Assembly (NCBI GenBank): GCA_047602425.1
Contig: JASGHG010000001.1
Location: 1,088,001-1,152,000, forward strand
Reading direction: 5' to 3'
DNA: 64,000 nt
From: Nibricoccus sp.
GTDB lineage: Bacteria; Verrucomicrobiota; Verrucomicrobiia; Opitutales; Opitutaceae
Under the pieces are notes generated by a model, which worked only from the letters and a program-made list of their open reading frames with translations, did not search any database and was not told where the DNA came from. Position 1 is the first letter of the stretch, and the number at the start of each line of letters is the position of its first letter. This document shows positions 40,123 through 50,015 of the stretch, one piece after another. The position numbers and the translations under genes were made by a program.

Positions 40123-42440
40123 CGCGCAGCCCCTTCCCGCGACAGGCGCTCGAAATACTCTTCGATCGCCTTCCGATAAGCCGGATCGAAATCGGCGGGA
40201 TTGAAACGGCGAACGATTTCCTCGCGCTTCCCCTTCGCACGGGCTTCCTCAACGACGAGGACAAGACGATGAATTTTGTTTTTCAACAGCTCGAAGGCTG
40301 GGCCGTTTCCACCTTTCGGATCGGCCTTGATCGTCGTCGCGACGTCGTCAGCAAGAGTGCGTCCGGTTGCGTCAGGCAAAATCGCACCGGCCATCTGCGC
40401 CGCCATTTGCGCATCGCTTAAAGCACTTTCCTGCAAGGCCGCGCCGCCGGAGCCTGCCATCGCCTTCTCAGCACGCTCAAGCTGGTTGGCAGCCCGGCCG
40501 AGCGCCGCGGGCATTCCGCCGAGTTCGGCTTCGGTTCGCGCCATTTGGCCGGCAGGGGCGCTGCCCGGGGTTTCGGCCTTCTGCGCTTGCTCGCGCAGAT
40601 TTTTGCTCAACTCCGACAACTGCTGCGCGGCTTCGTTGGAACCTTGCTGCTGCTGGTGTTCGGCCGCCCCGCCCAGCTTGTCGGCCAGCTTCCTCAACTG
40701 CTCGGCGCGCGACGATTGTTCCTGTGAAGTTTCTCGGTTCAGTTCGCGACGCGATTGATTAAGTTCAGCCAACGCGTTTTGGCGGCCCTTTCGTTCTTGT
40801 TCCTGCACGGCGTGCGCAAGCGCTTCCGCAGCAGCGGCGGCCGGTCCGCGAGCGGCGACAACATCGTTCTGCGTCAGCTGACGGCTGGCCTCGGCGGCAT
40901 CTTTCCCGGCCGAAGCGACGTCAATCTGCACATCAGGATCCAGCGCTTTCTCGGCCAGCAACCGGTCAAGCTCCCGCGCCACATCGCTCTGGGCCGAAAC
41001 CTGGTCGGTCGCACTTTCACCGAGCGCGCGCGCGATCTCCGCCTGTTTTTTCGCCAACTCTTCAAGGCGTCCGGCCGCAGTCTGACCACGGCTGGACAGC
41101 GCATATTGCTGCTTGTCCTTGAACGGATCCTGCACCTCGTCCTTTTGCGCAGGCGCCATGCTTTTTCTGAGAATCTTTTCCGTCGCGGTCAGCAGCGCCA
41201 GCGCCTGACCTTGTGGTTTGGTCGCTGGTTCGTTTTTCATCTCGGCGATGTCCTTGGCCGCGCTTTTCATGAGCGGCGAAGCCTGCGCCAGGTTGTCGAC
41301 GACGATCACCGGCAGTCCCTCCTTGATCGCGGTTTCGCGCAATTCCGAAGTTTTCGTGGAAAGCGTCTCCTGGTCGGCCGCAACTTCGCTGTTGGTCTCG
41401 CGCCAAACCGGGTCGTCGCGCAACGATGTCGCGCTGGCCAGCTGGAAGTTTTGCTTCAGCAATTCGAGCTGAGCGATTTTCAGTTCACGGACCACGTTCA
41501 TCAGATTCCGCCCGTTGGAGTCGCCGCCTTCGTCCGACTGCGTCACGTCTTCGCGCGAGGGTCGGATCTGAATAAATTGCAGCGGCGAGTTGATCGCGGG
41601 CGCGTCCGGCGCGAGTTCGCCGCGCAAGTGGTAACTCACCACGTCGAACTCCTGCGCCCCTACTTCGTCGAGGTACAGCGAGAGCGAAATCGGATGCGAC
41701 CCCGCCTTGCCGGCGGTGTCGAGGACGGTCGTCTCGACCGGGCGCGAGAGCTTCGGCTCGCCATTCAATGCAATCTCGAGCGTGAGCTTTTTGTATCCGA
41801 CTTTTGATTCGGCCACCGCCTGCAGCGGCACTTCCTCGATTGAGGTGGCCTTGATTTCCGACTCGGGCGTGCGCCAGACGATCCGGCCGGAGTAGTCGGT
41901 GGCCGGAGATTTTTGTTTTTCGTCCACCAGCGCGGTGGCTTGGGCCATTTCCTGGAGATGCGGCGTCGCCGGGCGCTGCAAGAATCGATGAGTCACTTCC
42001 AAACCCACTTCAACCGCCAACAGGGCCGCCAACATCACCGCCGCCGCGAGCGCGCCGAACCAGTCGAGCGCCCGCGAATTTCGGTGCACCTGCGTGTGAG
42101 CAATCGTATCGGAGCGCTGGGCCTCGGCCAACGCGGTGGAGGCATCCTTCAACTCCACCGCCGCTTCCAGCCGTGACTGAAGTTCCAGCCGTTCGTCGAG
42201 TTGCCGCGCCAAAGCCACCGGCGTGAGCGTGCGGCCCAGGTAAAACCATCGTGCGACGAAGGCCGCCGAAAGTGGTCCGAGAAACGCGGCGGCCCACACG
42301 CCGTGCGACCACCAACCCAGACGCGTGGCCAACACGCATGCGCTCGCGCCGAACACAAACACCAGCGCCCACAACAGCGGCGTGCGCCTGACACGCTCGC
42401 GCGTGGCGGAAACGAATTGGACGGGGACGTTCGGATTCAT
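40119..42440 (-). CDS. Membrane-anchored Ig-like plus coiled-coil protein (DUF4175-like)
   Basis: TM helices, ARQLD..L.L.SRL, Gln/Ala-rich helices, C-terminal YRKAIEEYFERL. Confidence 0.7.
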   Translation of the reverse strand: MNPNVPVQFVSATRERVRRTPLLWALVFVFGASACVLATRLGWWSHGVWAAAFLGPLSAAFVARWFYLGRTLTPVALARQLDERLELQSRLEAAVELKDASTALAEAQRSDTIAHTQVHRNSRALDWFGALAAAVMLAALLAVEVGLEVTHRFLQRPATPHLQEMAQATALVDEKQKSPATDYSGRIVWRTPESEIKATSIEEVPLQAVAESKVGYKKLTLEIALNGEPKLSRPVETTVLDTAGKAGSHPISLSLYLDEVGAQEFDVVSYHLRGELAPDAPAINSPLQFIQIRPSREDVTQSDEGGDSNGRNLMNVVRELKIAQLELLKQNFQLASATSLRDDPVWRETNSEVAADQETLSTKTSELRETAIKEGLPVIVVDNLAQASPLMKSAAKDIAEMKNEPATKPQGQALALLTATEKILRKSMAPAQKDEVQDPFKDKQQYALSSRGQTAAGRLEELAKKQAEIARALGESATDQVSAQSDVARELDRLLAEKALDPDVQIDVASAGKDAAEASRQLTQNDVVAARGPAAAAAEALAHAVQEQERKGRQNALAELNQSRRELNRETSQEQSSRAEQLRKLADKLGGAAEHQQQQGSNEAAQQLSELSKNLREQAQKAETPGSAPAGQMARTEAELGGMPAALGRAANQLERAEKAMAGSGGAALQESALSDAQMAAQMAGAILPDATGRTLADDVATTIKADPKGGNGPAFELLKNKIHRLVLVVEEARAKGKREEIVRRFNPADFDPAYRKAIEEYFERLSREGAAR

Positions 42441-44395
42441 CGCGCTGTTCGGTTGGAAATTCCCAGTTCGATCACGAGGCCAAAAACGACAACAACCAAC
42501 GCCCACCACCACAATTTCTGCTGATGCTCCGTTTCCTCCGCGGCGAGCAGCGTGTTTTGCGCCTTGATCTTTTTCGGCACCGCCTCGGTGGAGACGAGTT
42601 GCATCCAAGGAGTGCCTTGCACCGCGGTCGGGTCGCTTTCCTCGGGAGAGAGGCCGACCACAAAAAGCCGCTTCGCTCCACGTGGACCGCTCCACTCGAA
42701 AACGCCGGGGGCCGACGGCGTGACGTAGCCGTGCACCTCGCGCGGTTTCCCGCCCATCTCGACTCCGGCGACCGCCGTCCAATGACCTTCGCCTTCGGGC
42801 AGCGAGAGCGGCGAACCCACCCGGGCCACTGCGTCGGGCGCGCGCACGCGGGCATCGAGAAGATACTGGGCCGAGCGGTGAATGAAGGGAAGAAACGCGC
42901 CCTCGACCGGCCAGTTGCCATCGCGGCGGTCAGGCCCAAAGCCGGCCACGAGCACCCGACCGTTCCCCACCGTCAACTCACCGAGCGCCGGCGAACCATC
43001 GTCCCAAAATGCCAGCGGCTCGATCGCGTCCGCCGGCAAGGTCCAGCCGCGCGCAAAACGCCAGCCGATCAGTGTGCGAAGACTGTATTCGGCAAGCGGC
43101 GCCACCAAGGGATGCTCCACCGACCAGTCGCGCAGCCGCACTTTTGCCGGTTGTGCGATGATCGGCAAACGATGCTTCGCCAGCCATCGCGTCTGGGCCT
43201 CGCCGCCCGTGGCAAAAACCACCGCTGCCCCACCGGCCTGCAGGTAATTTTCCAGTCGCGACGCCGCGGCACCGGAGAACGAAGCCTCGTTGCGCAAAAA
43301 CAAAACCGCACCCGTCGGCCACTCGATCGCGCTCGCGGGCAATACCTTCCAGCCCGGCGGAATCTTGCCCAATTCCTCGCAGGCCGTCGCCAGATAATCG
43401 GTGACCGCGTCGGCTGGCATCGCGTCGAGCAGGACGACCTGCGCTTGTTCCAACGCCGGAACCAACGCATATGCCACATTGTCCGCAACGAGGTCGTCGG
43501 CGGCCAGTTCGCACCGAATCCATTTTTCGTCCGCCGGAAAACTTCCGGAAAGGACAACAGTTTGAAACGCACCGCCCTCCAGCCGGATTGTTTTGCTGGA
43601 GATGGCCAGGAGTTGGTTGCCGGCGTAGAGACTCAGCGTTCGCTCGCCGGAACCGGTGTAGGTTTTAACAGGAATGCTGACAGTGACTTTGTCGCCCTCG
43701 CGCTGCACGGACGGCGTCCACAGCGCGGCTTGCAGCCGCACGGGATCGACCGGGGGCGAAAGCATCAAGCCTACGCCCGGCGGCAGTTTCGCCGTGAAGT
43801 CGGCGTTCAGCCAGCCGCTCGCCTGCTGATCGCTCACCACGACGATCCGACGCTCATCAGCCGAACCAGCCGCCAGAATTTCTCCCGCGAAGCGCAACGC
43901 CGGCATCGCCTGCGTGCCGAGCCATCCCGGTTGGAAGCGCTCGACTGCGAGGGCCACCGCTTTCACGTCGCGAGTCGGCGGCACCAGCCACGTTGGCTTT
44001 GGGTTCATCAACAGCAGGCCGATGGTCTCCTCCGGCGTCGCTTTCGCCAACAGGCCCAGCGTCCAGTTTCGCAGCCACGGCCAGCGTTCCGCCGCCCGCA
44101 TGCTGAAAGAATTATCGAGCACGATGATCGTGGCGCGCGTGTTCCCCGAGGCAGTGCGCGGAAAAAATGGACGCGCGAACGCCGCGACGAGCAGGCCGAA
44201 AACCGCGCAGCGCAACAACAACACGATCCAGCGCCGAATGCGTTGCTTTCGCTGGTCCACCACCGAGATCTGCCCGAAAAATTTCAGCGAAGGAAACTCC
44301 GTCTGTTTCCGGCGGCGCTTCCGAAACAGATGCAACAGGACCGGCAGCAATGCCGCCAGCGCAGCGCCTGCGAAACTCGGGAAAAGCCAGTTCAT
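42437..44395 (-). CDS. BatA N-terminal plus vWA domain membrane protein
   Basis: LPVLLHL...FPSL.F...LLR...ARP; MIDAS DNSFS; VSD. Confidence 0.85.
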   Translation of the reverse strand: MNWLFPSFAGAALAALLPVLLHLFRKRRRKQTEFPSLKFFGQISVVDQRKQRIRRWIVLLLRCAVFGLLVAAFARPFFPRTASGNTRATIIVLDNSFSMRAAERWPWLRNWTLGLLAKATPEETIGLLLMNPKPTWLVPPTRDVKAVALAVERFQPGWLGTQAMPALRFAGEILAAGSADERRIVVVSDQQASGWLNADFTAKLPPGVGLMLSPPVDPVRLQAALWTPSVQREGDKVTVSIPVKTYTGSGERTLSLYAGNQLLAISSKTIRLEGGAFQTVVLSGSFPADEKWIRCELAADDLVADNVAYALVPALEQAQVVLLDAMPADAVTDYLATACEELGKIPPGWKVLPASAIEWPTGAVLFLRNEASFSGAAASRLENYLQAGGAAVVFATGGEAQTRWLAKHRLPIIAQPAKVRLRDWSVEHPLVAPLAEYSLRTLIGWRFARGWTLPADAIEPLAFWDDGSPALGELTVGNGRVLVAGFGPDRRDGNWPVEGAFLPFIHRSAQYLLDARVRAPDAVARVGSPLSLPEGEGHWTAVAGVEMGGKPREVHGYVTPSAPGVFEWSGPRGAKRLFVVGLSPEESDPTAVQGTPWMQLVSTEAVPKKIKAQNTLLAAEETEHQQKLWWWALVVVVFGLVIELGISNRTAR

Positions 44396-44397
44396 CG

Positions 44398-45372
44398 TCA
44401 GGTTCGCCGGTGCGTGTCGCGCCGCGACAGAAACGCCCGCAACGCCTCCATTGGCAGCTCGTCCGTGCGCAACGTGAGCGCGTCGAAGCCATTTGCCGTG
44501 CAGAGTTCGCAAATGGCCGACTGATGTGCAGAAAAACGCTTCCGGTAGATTTCGGCCAGCGCAGCCGGATCGGCGGCGAGAGAGGAACCGGTTTCAACAT
44601 CCAAAAACTCCGTCGGCTCGTTGAACTGAAAATCCGCCTCCGCCGGATCGCTCACGTAAAATGTCAGCAAGTCGTGTCGTTCGTAACGCAGACGTCGGAT
44701 CACCGGCCCGAGCACCTCGGGCTCCTCGTAGAAATCGCTTGCGAGCACGAACAGGCTGCGCGCCGGCGTGACCTCCAATGCCTGATCAAGCGCCCGGGCA
44801 AGCGACGTTGTGTGCGAGGGCTTCGGCCTGTCGAGCAACTCCCAGAGCGCCTGGATCCGCGCTGGTGACGACGATGGCGGCATCCATTCTTCGAGTTCAC
44901 GTCCAAGCAAACCGACGCCGCAGGAATCGTGTTGCCGACGCACGAGCAGAGCCACCGCGCCAAGCAGCGCGCGTGCGAAATCGAGTTTGGTCAACTTCCC
45001 AGGGCGGCTTGTGTACGCCATCGAGTTAGAGACATCGAGCAGGAGCACGGTGCGCAGCGGCGTCTCCTCGTAAGTTTCCCGCACATGCAACCGGTCGGTT
45101 CGGCCGTAGAGCCGCCAGTCGACGCGGCGCAGATCGTCGCCCATCTGATAATCGCGGTAGTCGGCGAACTCGATGCTGGAGCCTTTCCGCCGGCTCGCGT
45201 GTCCGCCCACGCCGTGCGAATCGGCCAGCAGTCGCGCGCGGAGCGGCAGCGAGCCGAGTGCGGACAACGCGTCCTTGTCCAGCGGCGCAAGTTCCGGGCG
45301 GGAATACAAAGGCGGTGGCGTTTGGCGCGTTTTCGCACCGGGCGTATGATACAGGTCGTCGGTCTCGGCCAT
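44398..45372 (-). CDS. DUF58 (vWA-like) protein
   Basis: G.H.S..KG.S.EFADYRDY..GDDLRRVDWR; DVSNS; SDF. Confidence 0.92.
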   Translation of the reverse strand: MAETDDLYHTPGAKTRQTPPPLYSRPELAPLDKDALSALGSLPLRARLLADSHGVGGHASRRKGSSIEFADYRDYQMGDDLRRVDWRLYGRTDRLHVRETYEETPLRTVLLLDVSNSMAYTSRPGKLTKLDFARALLGAVALLVRRQHDSCGVGLLGRELEEWMPPSSSPARIQALWELLDRPKPSHTTSLARALDQALEVTPARSLFVLASDFYEEPEVLGPVIRRLRYERHDLLTFYVSDPAEADFQFNEPTEFLDVETGSSLAADPAALAEIYRKRFSAHQSAICELCTANGFDALTLRTDELPMEALRAFLSRRDTHRRT

Positions 45373-45418
45373 GGAGACGGTGGAAGCTGGTTCGGTTGTA
45401 TTGCTTCGACGCGGAGAC

Positions 45419-46438
45419 TCAGTGGTTCCGCTTGAACGCCTTCAATGCGTCGTCGACGATCGCGTCGGCCGTCAGGCCGTCGGCCTCCGCGCGGTAGTTG
45501 AGGATCAAGCGGTGACGCAGCACGATTTTCGCCGCATCGATGATGTCGCTGTTCGCGCAATTGAGCCGGCCGTCGAGCGCGGCGGCGGCCTTGGCGGCAA
45601 GCGCGAGCGATTGCGAGGCGCGCGGACCGGCGCCCCACTTCACGCAGCGTTTGACCATCGGAGTGGCGAGCGGCGAGTCCGGGCGCGTTACTTGAACGAG
45701 TTTCACCGCAAATTCGGCGACACTGTCCGGCACGTGAATCTGGCGCACGGCGCGCTGCATGTGGATCAGTTGCGTGGCCGTGCAGACTTTTTCCAGCGCC
45801 GGCTGAACATCGCCGGTGGTCGCCTGCACGATCTTCTTTTCTTCGTCCATTGTTGGATAACCAACGTGCAGGCAGAAAAGAAAACGGTCGAGCTGGGCCT
45901 CGGGCAGCGAGTACGTGCCTTCCTGTTCGATGGGATTTTGCGTCGCGAGCACAAAGAACGGCGCGGGCAACTTGCGTGTCTGGCCCGCGACGGTCACGCG
46001 GTGTTCCTGCATCGCCTCGAGCAACGCCGACTGCGTTTTGGCGGGCGCGCGGTTCACTTCGTCTGCAAGCAAAAGCTGCGTGAAAACCGGGCCGGGCATG
46101 AAGCGGTAGGCGCGCACTCCACCGGCGGTTTCCTCGATGATCTCCGAACCGGTGACATCGCTCGGCATGAGATCGGGCGTAAATTGAATGCGGTGAAAAT
46201 CCAAGTCGATCGCCTCCGCGAGCGTTTTCACGATCAGCGTTTTTGCGAGACCGGGCACGCCAACCATCAGGCAGTGTCCCTGCGCGAGCAGGCCGAGGAA
46301 CAATTCGCGCAGCACTTTGTTTTGCCCGACGACGCGCTTGGCGAGCTCGGCTTGGAGTTGCGCGAACATCGCAGGCACGTCTTGCAAGAGTTGAACGTCG
46401 GCATCGTCAGCCGCGGGCGTGGGAGAAGCTTCGATCAT
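45419..46438 (-). CDS. moxR: MoxR-family AAA+ ATPase
   Basis: GVPGLAKT, RIQFTPDLMPSD, DEVNR, ATQNPIEQEGTY.LPEAQLDRF. Confidence 0.95.
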   Translation of the reverse strand: MIEASPTPAADDADVQLLQDVPAMFAQLQAELAKRVVGQNKVLRELFLGLLAQGHCLMVGVPGLAKTLIVKTLAEAIDLDFHRIQFTPDLMPSDVTGSEIIEETAGGVRAYRFMPGPVFTQLLLADEVNRAPAKTQSALLEAMQEHRVTVAGQTRKLPAPFFVLATQNPIEQEGTYSLPEAQLDRFLFCLHVGYPTMDEEKKIVQATTGDVQPALEKVCTATQLIHMQRAVRQIHVPDSVAEFAVKLVQVTRPDSPLATPMVKRCVKWGAGPRASQSLALAAKAAAALDGRLNCANSDIIDAAKIVLRHRLILNYRAEADGLTADAIVDDALKAFKRNH

Positions 46439-49119
46439 GGGGAGTGTGTGGAGAGTTTTTTGGGCAAATTGAAATCCTGCCACGCCTGACGGAGTTCGGC
46501 ATAGGCCTCGGGTGCGATCAGTCCGCCGGGCGTTGAAATTTCGCAGCGCCGTCCGCCCAAGCCTTCGGCCCGGCGGAAAATGAAGCCTGCCACGTCGCGC
46601 CGGTGGTCGGACAAATATTTTTCGGTCTCGCCGCCCCAGGAAATCTGCTGCACGTAACGCGTCGCCCGGCCTTCAGAAATCTGGAACGGACCGGAACGGG
46701 TTGCCATCTGGAAAATTCGCCCAAGCTCGGGCGGACGCAAAGGGAGGCTTTCGTGCGCGGCAACGCGGACCTTGGCTTCGACATGATATTCGTGCGCCAA
46801 GTCATACGCATCACCCACCGACACGCTCTCGATAGTGAGCGCGGGCACGCCGAACCACTCCTGCAAACGCGCGACGCGCTGCGTGGGGGTAAGCTCGGAA
46901 AATGAACGTCGAAGCATGGTGTCAGCGGCACCGGAAGCGCTCAAAGTGAGACTCCCGACCAGACTAATACCCGACAAACCAGGGGAAAGTTTCCATATTT
47001 CTTTCCATTCTGAAGCCGGCTCCTGCGCCGCGAGAATTTTCATGAAATTAGCCGCGCCATTTTTCGGAAACACGAGTGCCTCCCGGCCCAGATCGCCCGG
47101 GGCAATCACGCCGAACGGCACCAGCCGATCCGTCGAATCCAGCCAAAGATCGGCAGGCTGTCCGGCGGTTGGCGCAGCCGGCACGTGCGCGATCGCGTGG
47201 TTAAACTGCCAGCCGGGAAACTCGGTGAACGTCACGTCGCCACGATTAACCAAAACAAAACCTGCCTCGATGCCGAGCAACCGCAACACTGCCACGAGGA
47301 GATTGGCCTTGTCCTTGCAGTCACCGTAACGCTGCTGCCAAACTTGCTCCGGCGTGCGCGGACGGAGCCCGCCAACCCCCATCTCGGTCGCTACGTAGCG
47401 CAGCGTCGTCACGCGCTCGAACGCGGCGCGAATCCGTCCAGCGCGGTCAGCGTGGTCGCGGCCGATTTGCGCCGCCAATTCTTTAACCGACGGGCCGACT
47501 TCGTCCGCTCCGCTCGCTAGCCGCCGATACCATTCCGCAAAACTCTCCCACGAAGGCAACGACGACACGCCCAGCCACGGTGCGGTCGCGCGCCTCGGCA
47601 AATCACCCGCGACAAAACTCCGCGCCGGCAAGTCGCGCAATTCCCATACCACCGTGCGCTGCCCGCTGTCGGACTCGTTCTTCGTCTCTTTCGGAAATGC
47701 GTGCGCAAAAAAGCGCCACTTTTCTTCGGTCGGTATTGTGAGTTGCACGCTGCATGCGACAACCGGATACGTCCCGGCAAAATCCCACTCTTTATAGTAC
47801 TCTGGAATGGATGCGCTGGAACGACGCTCGACCACCCACTCGACATCGACCAGGCATCCCGCCACCACTTCTGGCAGTTCGACGATTGGAGGGCCGGCAG
47901 GTGATTTTTCGCCGGGAGACTTCTGCTCCTCGCGGGCTTGGCTGGCCCGGGCGGACGCAGCGCGCGGGTTCACCAAAATTTGTTCGCCGGTCGGCAGAAT
48001 CACCCGGGCCGCCACCAAGTTGGTCGACAGATACGGCGGATTCGAGAGCATCACCAAAGTCGCCACGTCGTCGATCGCCTCCGCAGTCCGCACGAGGACG
48101 CGTTTCCTCCATTTTTCCAAGGTCGAGAAATTCCGCCCAACTGTAACTTCCAGTTTTTCCGCGATTACAATGGCGGTGTGTTCCGAACCTTTGGCCAGAG
48201 CCAGCGCCTCGGCTAGAAGCTGCTGCGTCTCGGGCGTCGCGACCTTCCGCTCGATTTCGAGATCTCCGGTGAACTTCGGAATCTCGATGTCGGATACATT
48301 GCGTTCCGTTTGCACCGTCGAGTCGGTTGCCGCCCGCGTGCTTTCGACGGTGGCAAAAACTCCTGGCTCAAACGGCGCCTCCACCAGACGGCGCTGTTCC
48401 GGATCGATCGCGCAGGCGTGCTCGCCGAGCGCGAGTTTGTTCTCCGCGTAGTACGCCGCCACGCGCTTCGACGCTTCCACCGCGAGGGCAAGAAACGGCG
48501 TCTGCGGTTTCTCAACCAATAGATCGGCCCAAAACTGGGTGAAACGCGGTTCGTTGATTTCCCGTCCACCGGACGTCGCCGCGACGGCGTCCACCTCGCG
48601 CAATGACAACAAACTCGGCAGCATCGCACCCCCACCCGCCGCGCCGACAAAAACAAACTTCTTCCCGGGAAGTGCCTCCAACGCTGTGGCCAAATCCGCC
48701 GAAGTCAGGCGCGGTCCGGAAATTTGAAACGCCGCTGCTCCGTCGCGGCTCGGCGCCACCGTACCCAGCAGCACGAGCCAAGTTTCCTCGGCTACCGCCG
48801 CTCCGGCGCCAGTTTTCAACGCCTCAAGGATCGCCTCACGACGCACGGGCGTTTTCGCCTCCTGACCTAGCATGCGAATATTTTCGGGCGTCAGTCCTCG
48901 CGCTATCAATCCGGTGCGCACCGTCTCCGCCTGGCTTCGTAACCGTACCGCTTGTGTCTCGCCCGCAGTTAGACCCACGACGATGACGGCACGAGGCGCG
49001 CCAAGCGCATGAGCCACTGCCAGCAGGCAGAAAGCGAACCCAACAACCCACACCTTCGACGCAAAAGGAGCCACGTTGAGCGGAAGCAAAATGCCCAAAG
49101 CTCTGGCCAAGCAAGGCAT
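46435..49119 (-). CDS. Caspase-like domain plus DUF3857-like plus transglutaminase-like protein
   Basis: GDCKDKA (Cys), FNHAI (His), WLDST (Asp); N-terminal Rossmann-like region; start uncertain. Confidence 0.8.
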   Translation of the reverse strand: MPCLARALGILLPLNVAPFASKVWVVGFAFCLLAVAHALGAPRAVIVVGLTAGETQAVRLRSQAETVRTGLIARGLTPENIRMLGQEAKTPVRREAILEALKTGAGAAVAEETWLVLLGTVAPSRDGAAAFQISGPRLTSADLATALEALPGKKFVFVGAAGGGAMLPSLLSLREVDAVAATSGGREINEPRFTQFWADLLVEKPQTPFLALAVEASKRVAAYYAENKLALGEHACAIDPEQRRLVEAPFEPGVFATVESTRAATDSTVQTERNVSDIEIPKFTGDLEIERKVATPETQQLLAEALALAKGSEHTAIVIAEKLEVTVGRNFSTLEKWRKRVLVRTAEAIDDVATLVMLSNPPYLSTNLVAARVILPTGEQILVNPRAASARASQAREEQKSPGEKSPAGPPIVELPEVVAGCLVDVEWVVERRSSASIPEYYKEWDFAGTYPVVACSVQLTIPTEEKWRFFAHAFPKETKNESDSGQRTVVWELRDLPARSFVAGDLPRRATAPWLGVSSLPSWESFAEWYRRLASGADEVGPSVKELAAQIGRDHADRAGRIRAAFERVTTLRYVATEMGVGGLRPRTPEQVWQQRYGDCKDKANLLVAVLRLLGIEAGFVLVNRGDVTFTEFPGWQFNHAIAHVPAAPTAGQPADLWLDSTDRLVPFGVIAPGDLGREALVFPKNGAANFMKILAAQEPASEWKEIWKLSPGLSGISLVGSLTLSASGAADTMLRRSFSELTPTQRVARLQEWFGVPALTIESVSVGDAYDLAHEYHVEAKVRVAAHESLPLRPPELGRIFQMATRSGPFQISEGRATRYVQQISWGGETEKYLSDHRRDVAGFIFRRAEGLGGRRCEISTPGGLIAPEAYAELRQAWQDFNLPKKLSTHSP

Positions 49120-49186
49120 TTCCCGATTTCGATGCGGCTGGATTGGACATTTTAGCCGGGTCCGGCATTTTCCTCCAATACAATCC

Positions 49187-49906
49187 ATGCAATCGAAAAC
49201 CTGCCTCTTCACCGCGCTCGTCTTCTTCTTTCTTGGGAAGAGCCTGTTGTTCGGCAAAGAGTCCCCGGCCGATTCCGAGGTGCACCGCGGAGGCCTGGTC
49301 GGCTGGGCGCGGCTGGCGACGCCGGACAAAGCGTGGGCGTTGCATAGCGATCAGGATCCGAAACTGGCCGCGTTCATCCGGTCGCAGACATCGCTGAACA
49401 TCGATCCGGTGTGGTACACCGCAAGTCCGGGCGAACTCGGAGAGCTCTGCACCTACCCGTTCATCTACGTCAAAGATCTCACGCGGCTTGGCGCCCCGGA
49501 GCACCTGACAAACATTCAGGAATATCTGCGGCGGGGCGGTTTCCTCTGCATCGATCCGTGCGTGAATGGATTCAGCCCGGCGCAGAAATTGGACCTGATC
49601 CGGCGGCATACGGATCTATTCAAGAAGCTCTTTCCCGACAGCGTGGTGCGTGAACTAGCCGACGACCACGAGATCTACCGCTGCTACTTTTCGGTCACGG
49701 TGCACGAGCTCTACACGCCGGACATGATCAAACGAGGCGCAAAAAAACCAGCCAACATCGGCATGCGTGGCGTATTTCGCGGCGACCGCATGATCGCAAT
49801 CATCAGCATCACCGGCCTGGAGTGCGGCTGGCCCGAAACCCCGCAACGCGCTCCCGCCTGCATGAAGATGATCGTGAACAGCTACATTTACGCAATGACG
49901 CGGTGA
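49187..49906 (+). CDS. DUF4159-like exported protein (second paralog)
   Basis: Shares GG.VGWARL.TP, TSLN.DP.WY, RGGF and CGW motifs with 37085-37831. Confidence 0.8.
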   Translation: MQSKTCLFTALVFFFLGKSLLFGKESPADSEVHRGGLVGWARLATPDKAWALHSDQDPKLAAFIRSQTSLNIDPVWYTASPGELGELCTYPFIYVKDLTRLGAPEHLTNIQEYLRRGGFLCIDPCVNGFSPAQKLDLIRRHTDLFKKLFPDSVVRELADDHEIYRCYFSVTVHELYTPDMIKRGAKKPANIGMRGVFRGDRMIAIISITGLECGWPETPQRAPACMKMIVNSYIYAMTR

Positions 49907-50015
49907 CCCGGCCCACCACCGACGCGGCCGCAAAACAGGCCGCACGGGGGCCACAAAAAAGGCGACCGTTGAGGCCGCCTGAAATTTTCAGCGAACTGCC
50001 GCGAGGCAGATTCCG

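Noticed and set aside
42524..44524. 666-aa plus-strand ORF and similar long antisense ORFs (e.g. 45371-46489, 29969-31210, 25610-26761)
   Set aside because: Opposite well-supported genes; expected in high-GC DNA; no motifs
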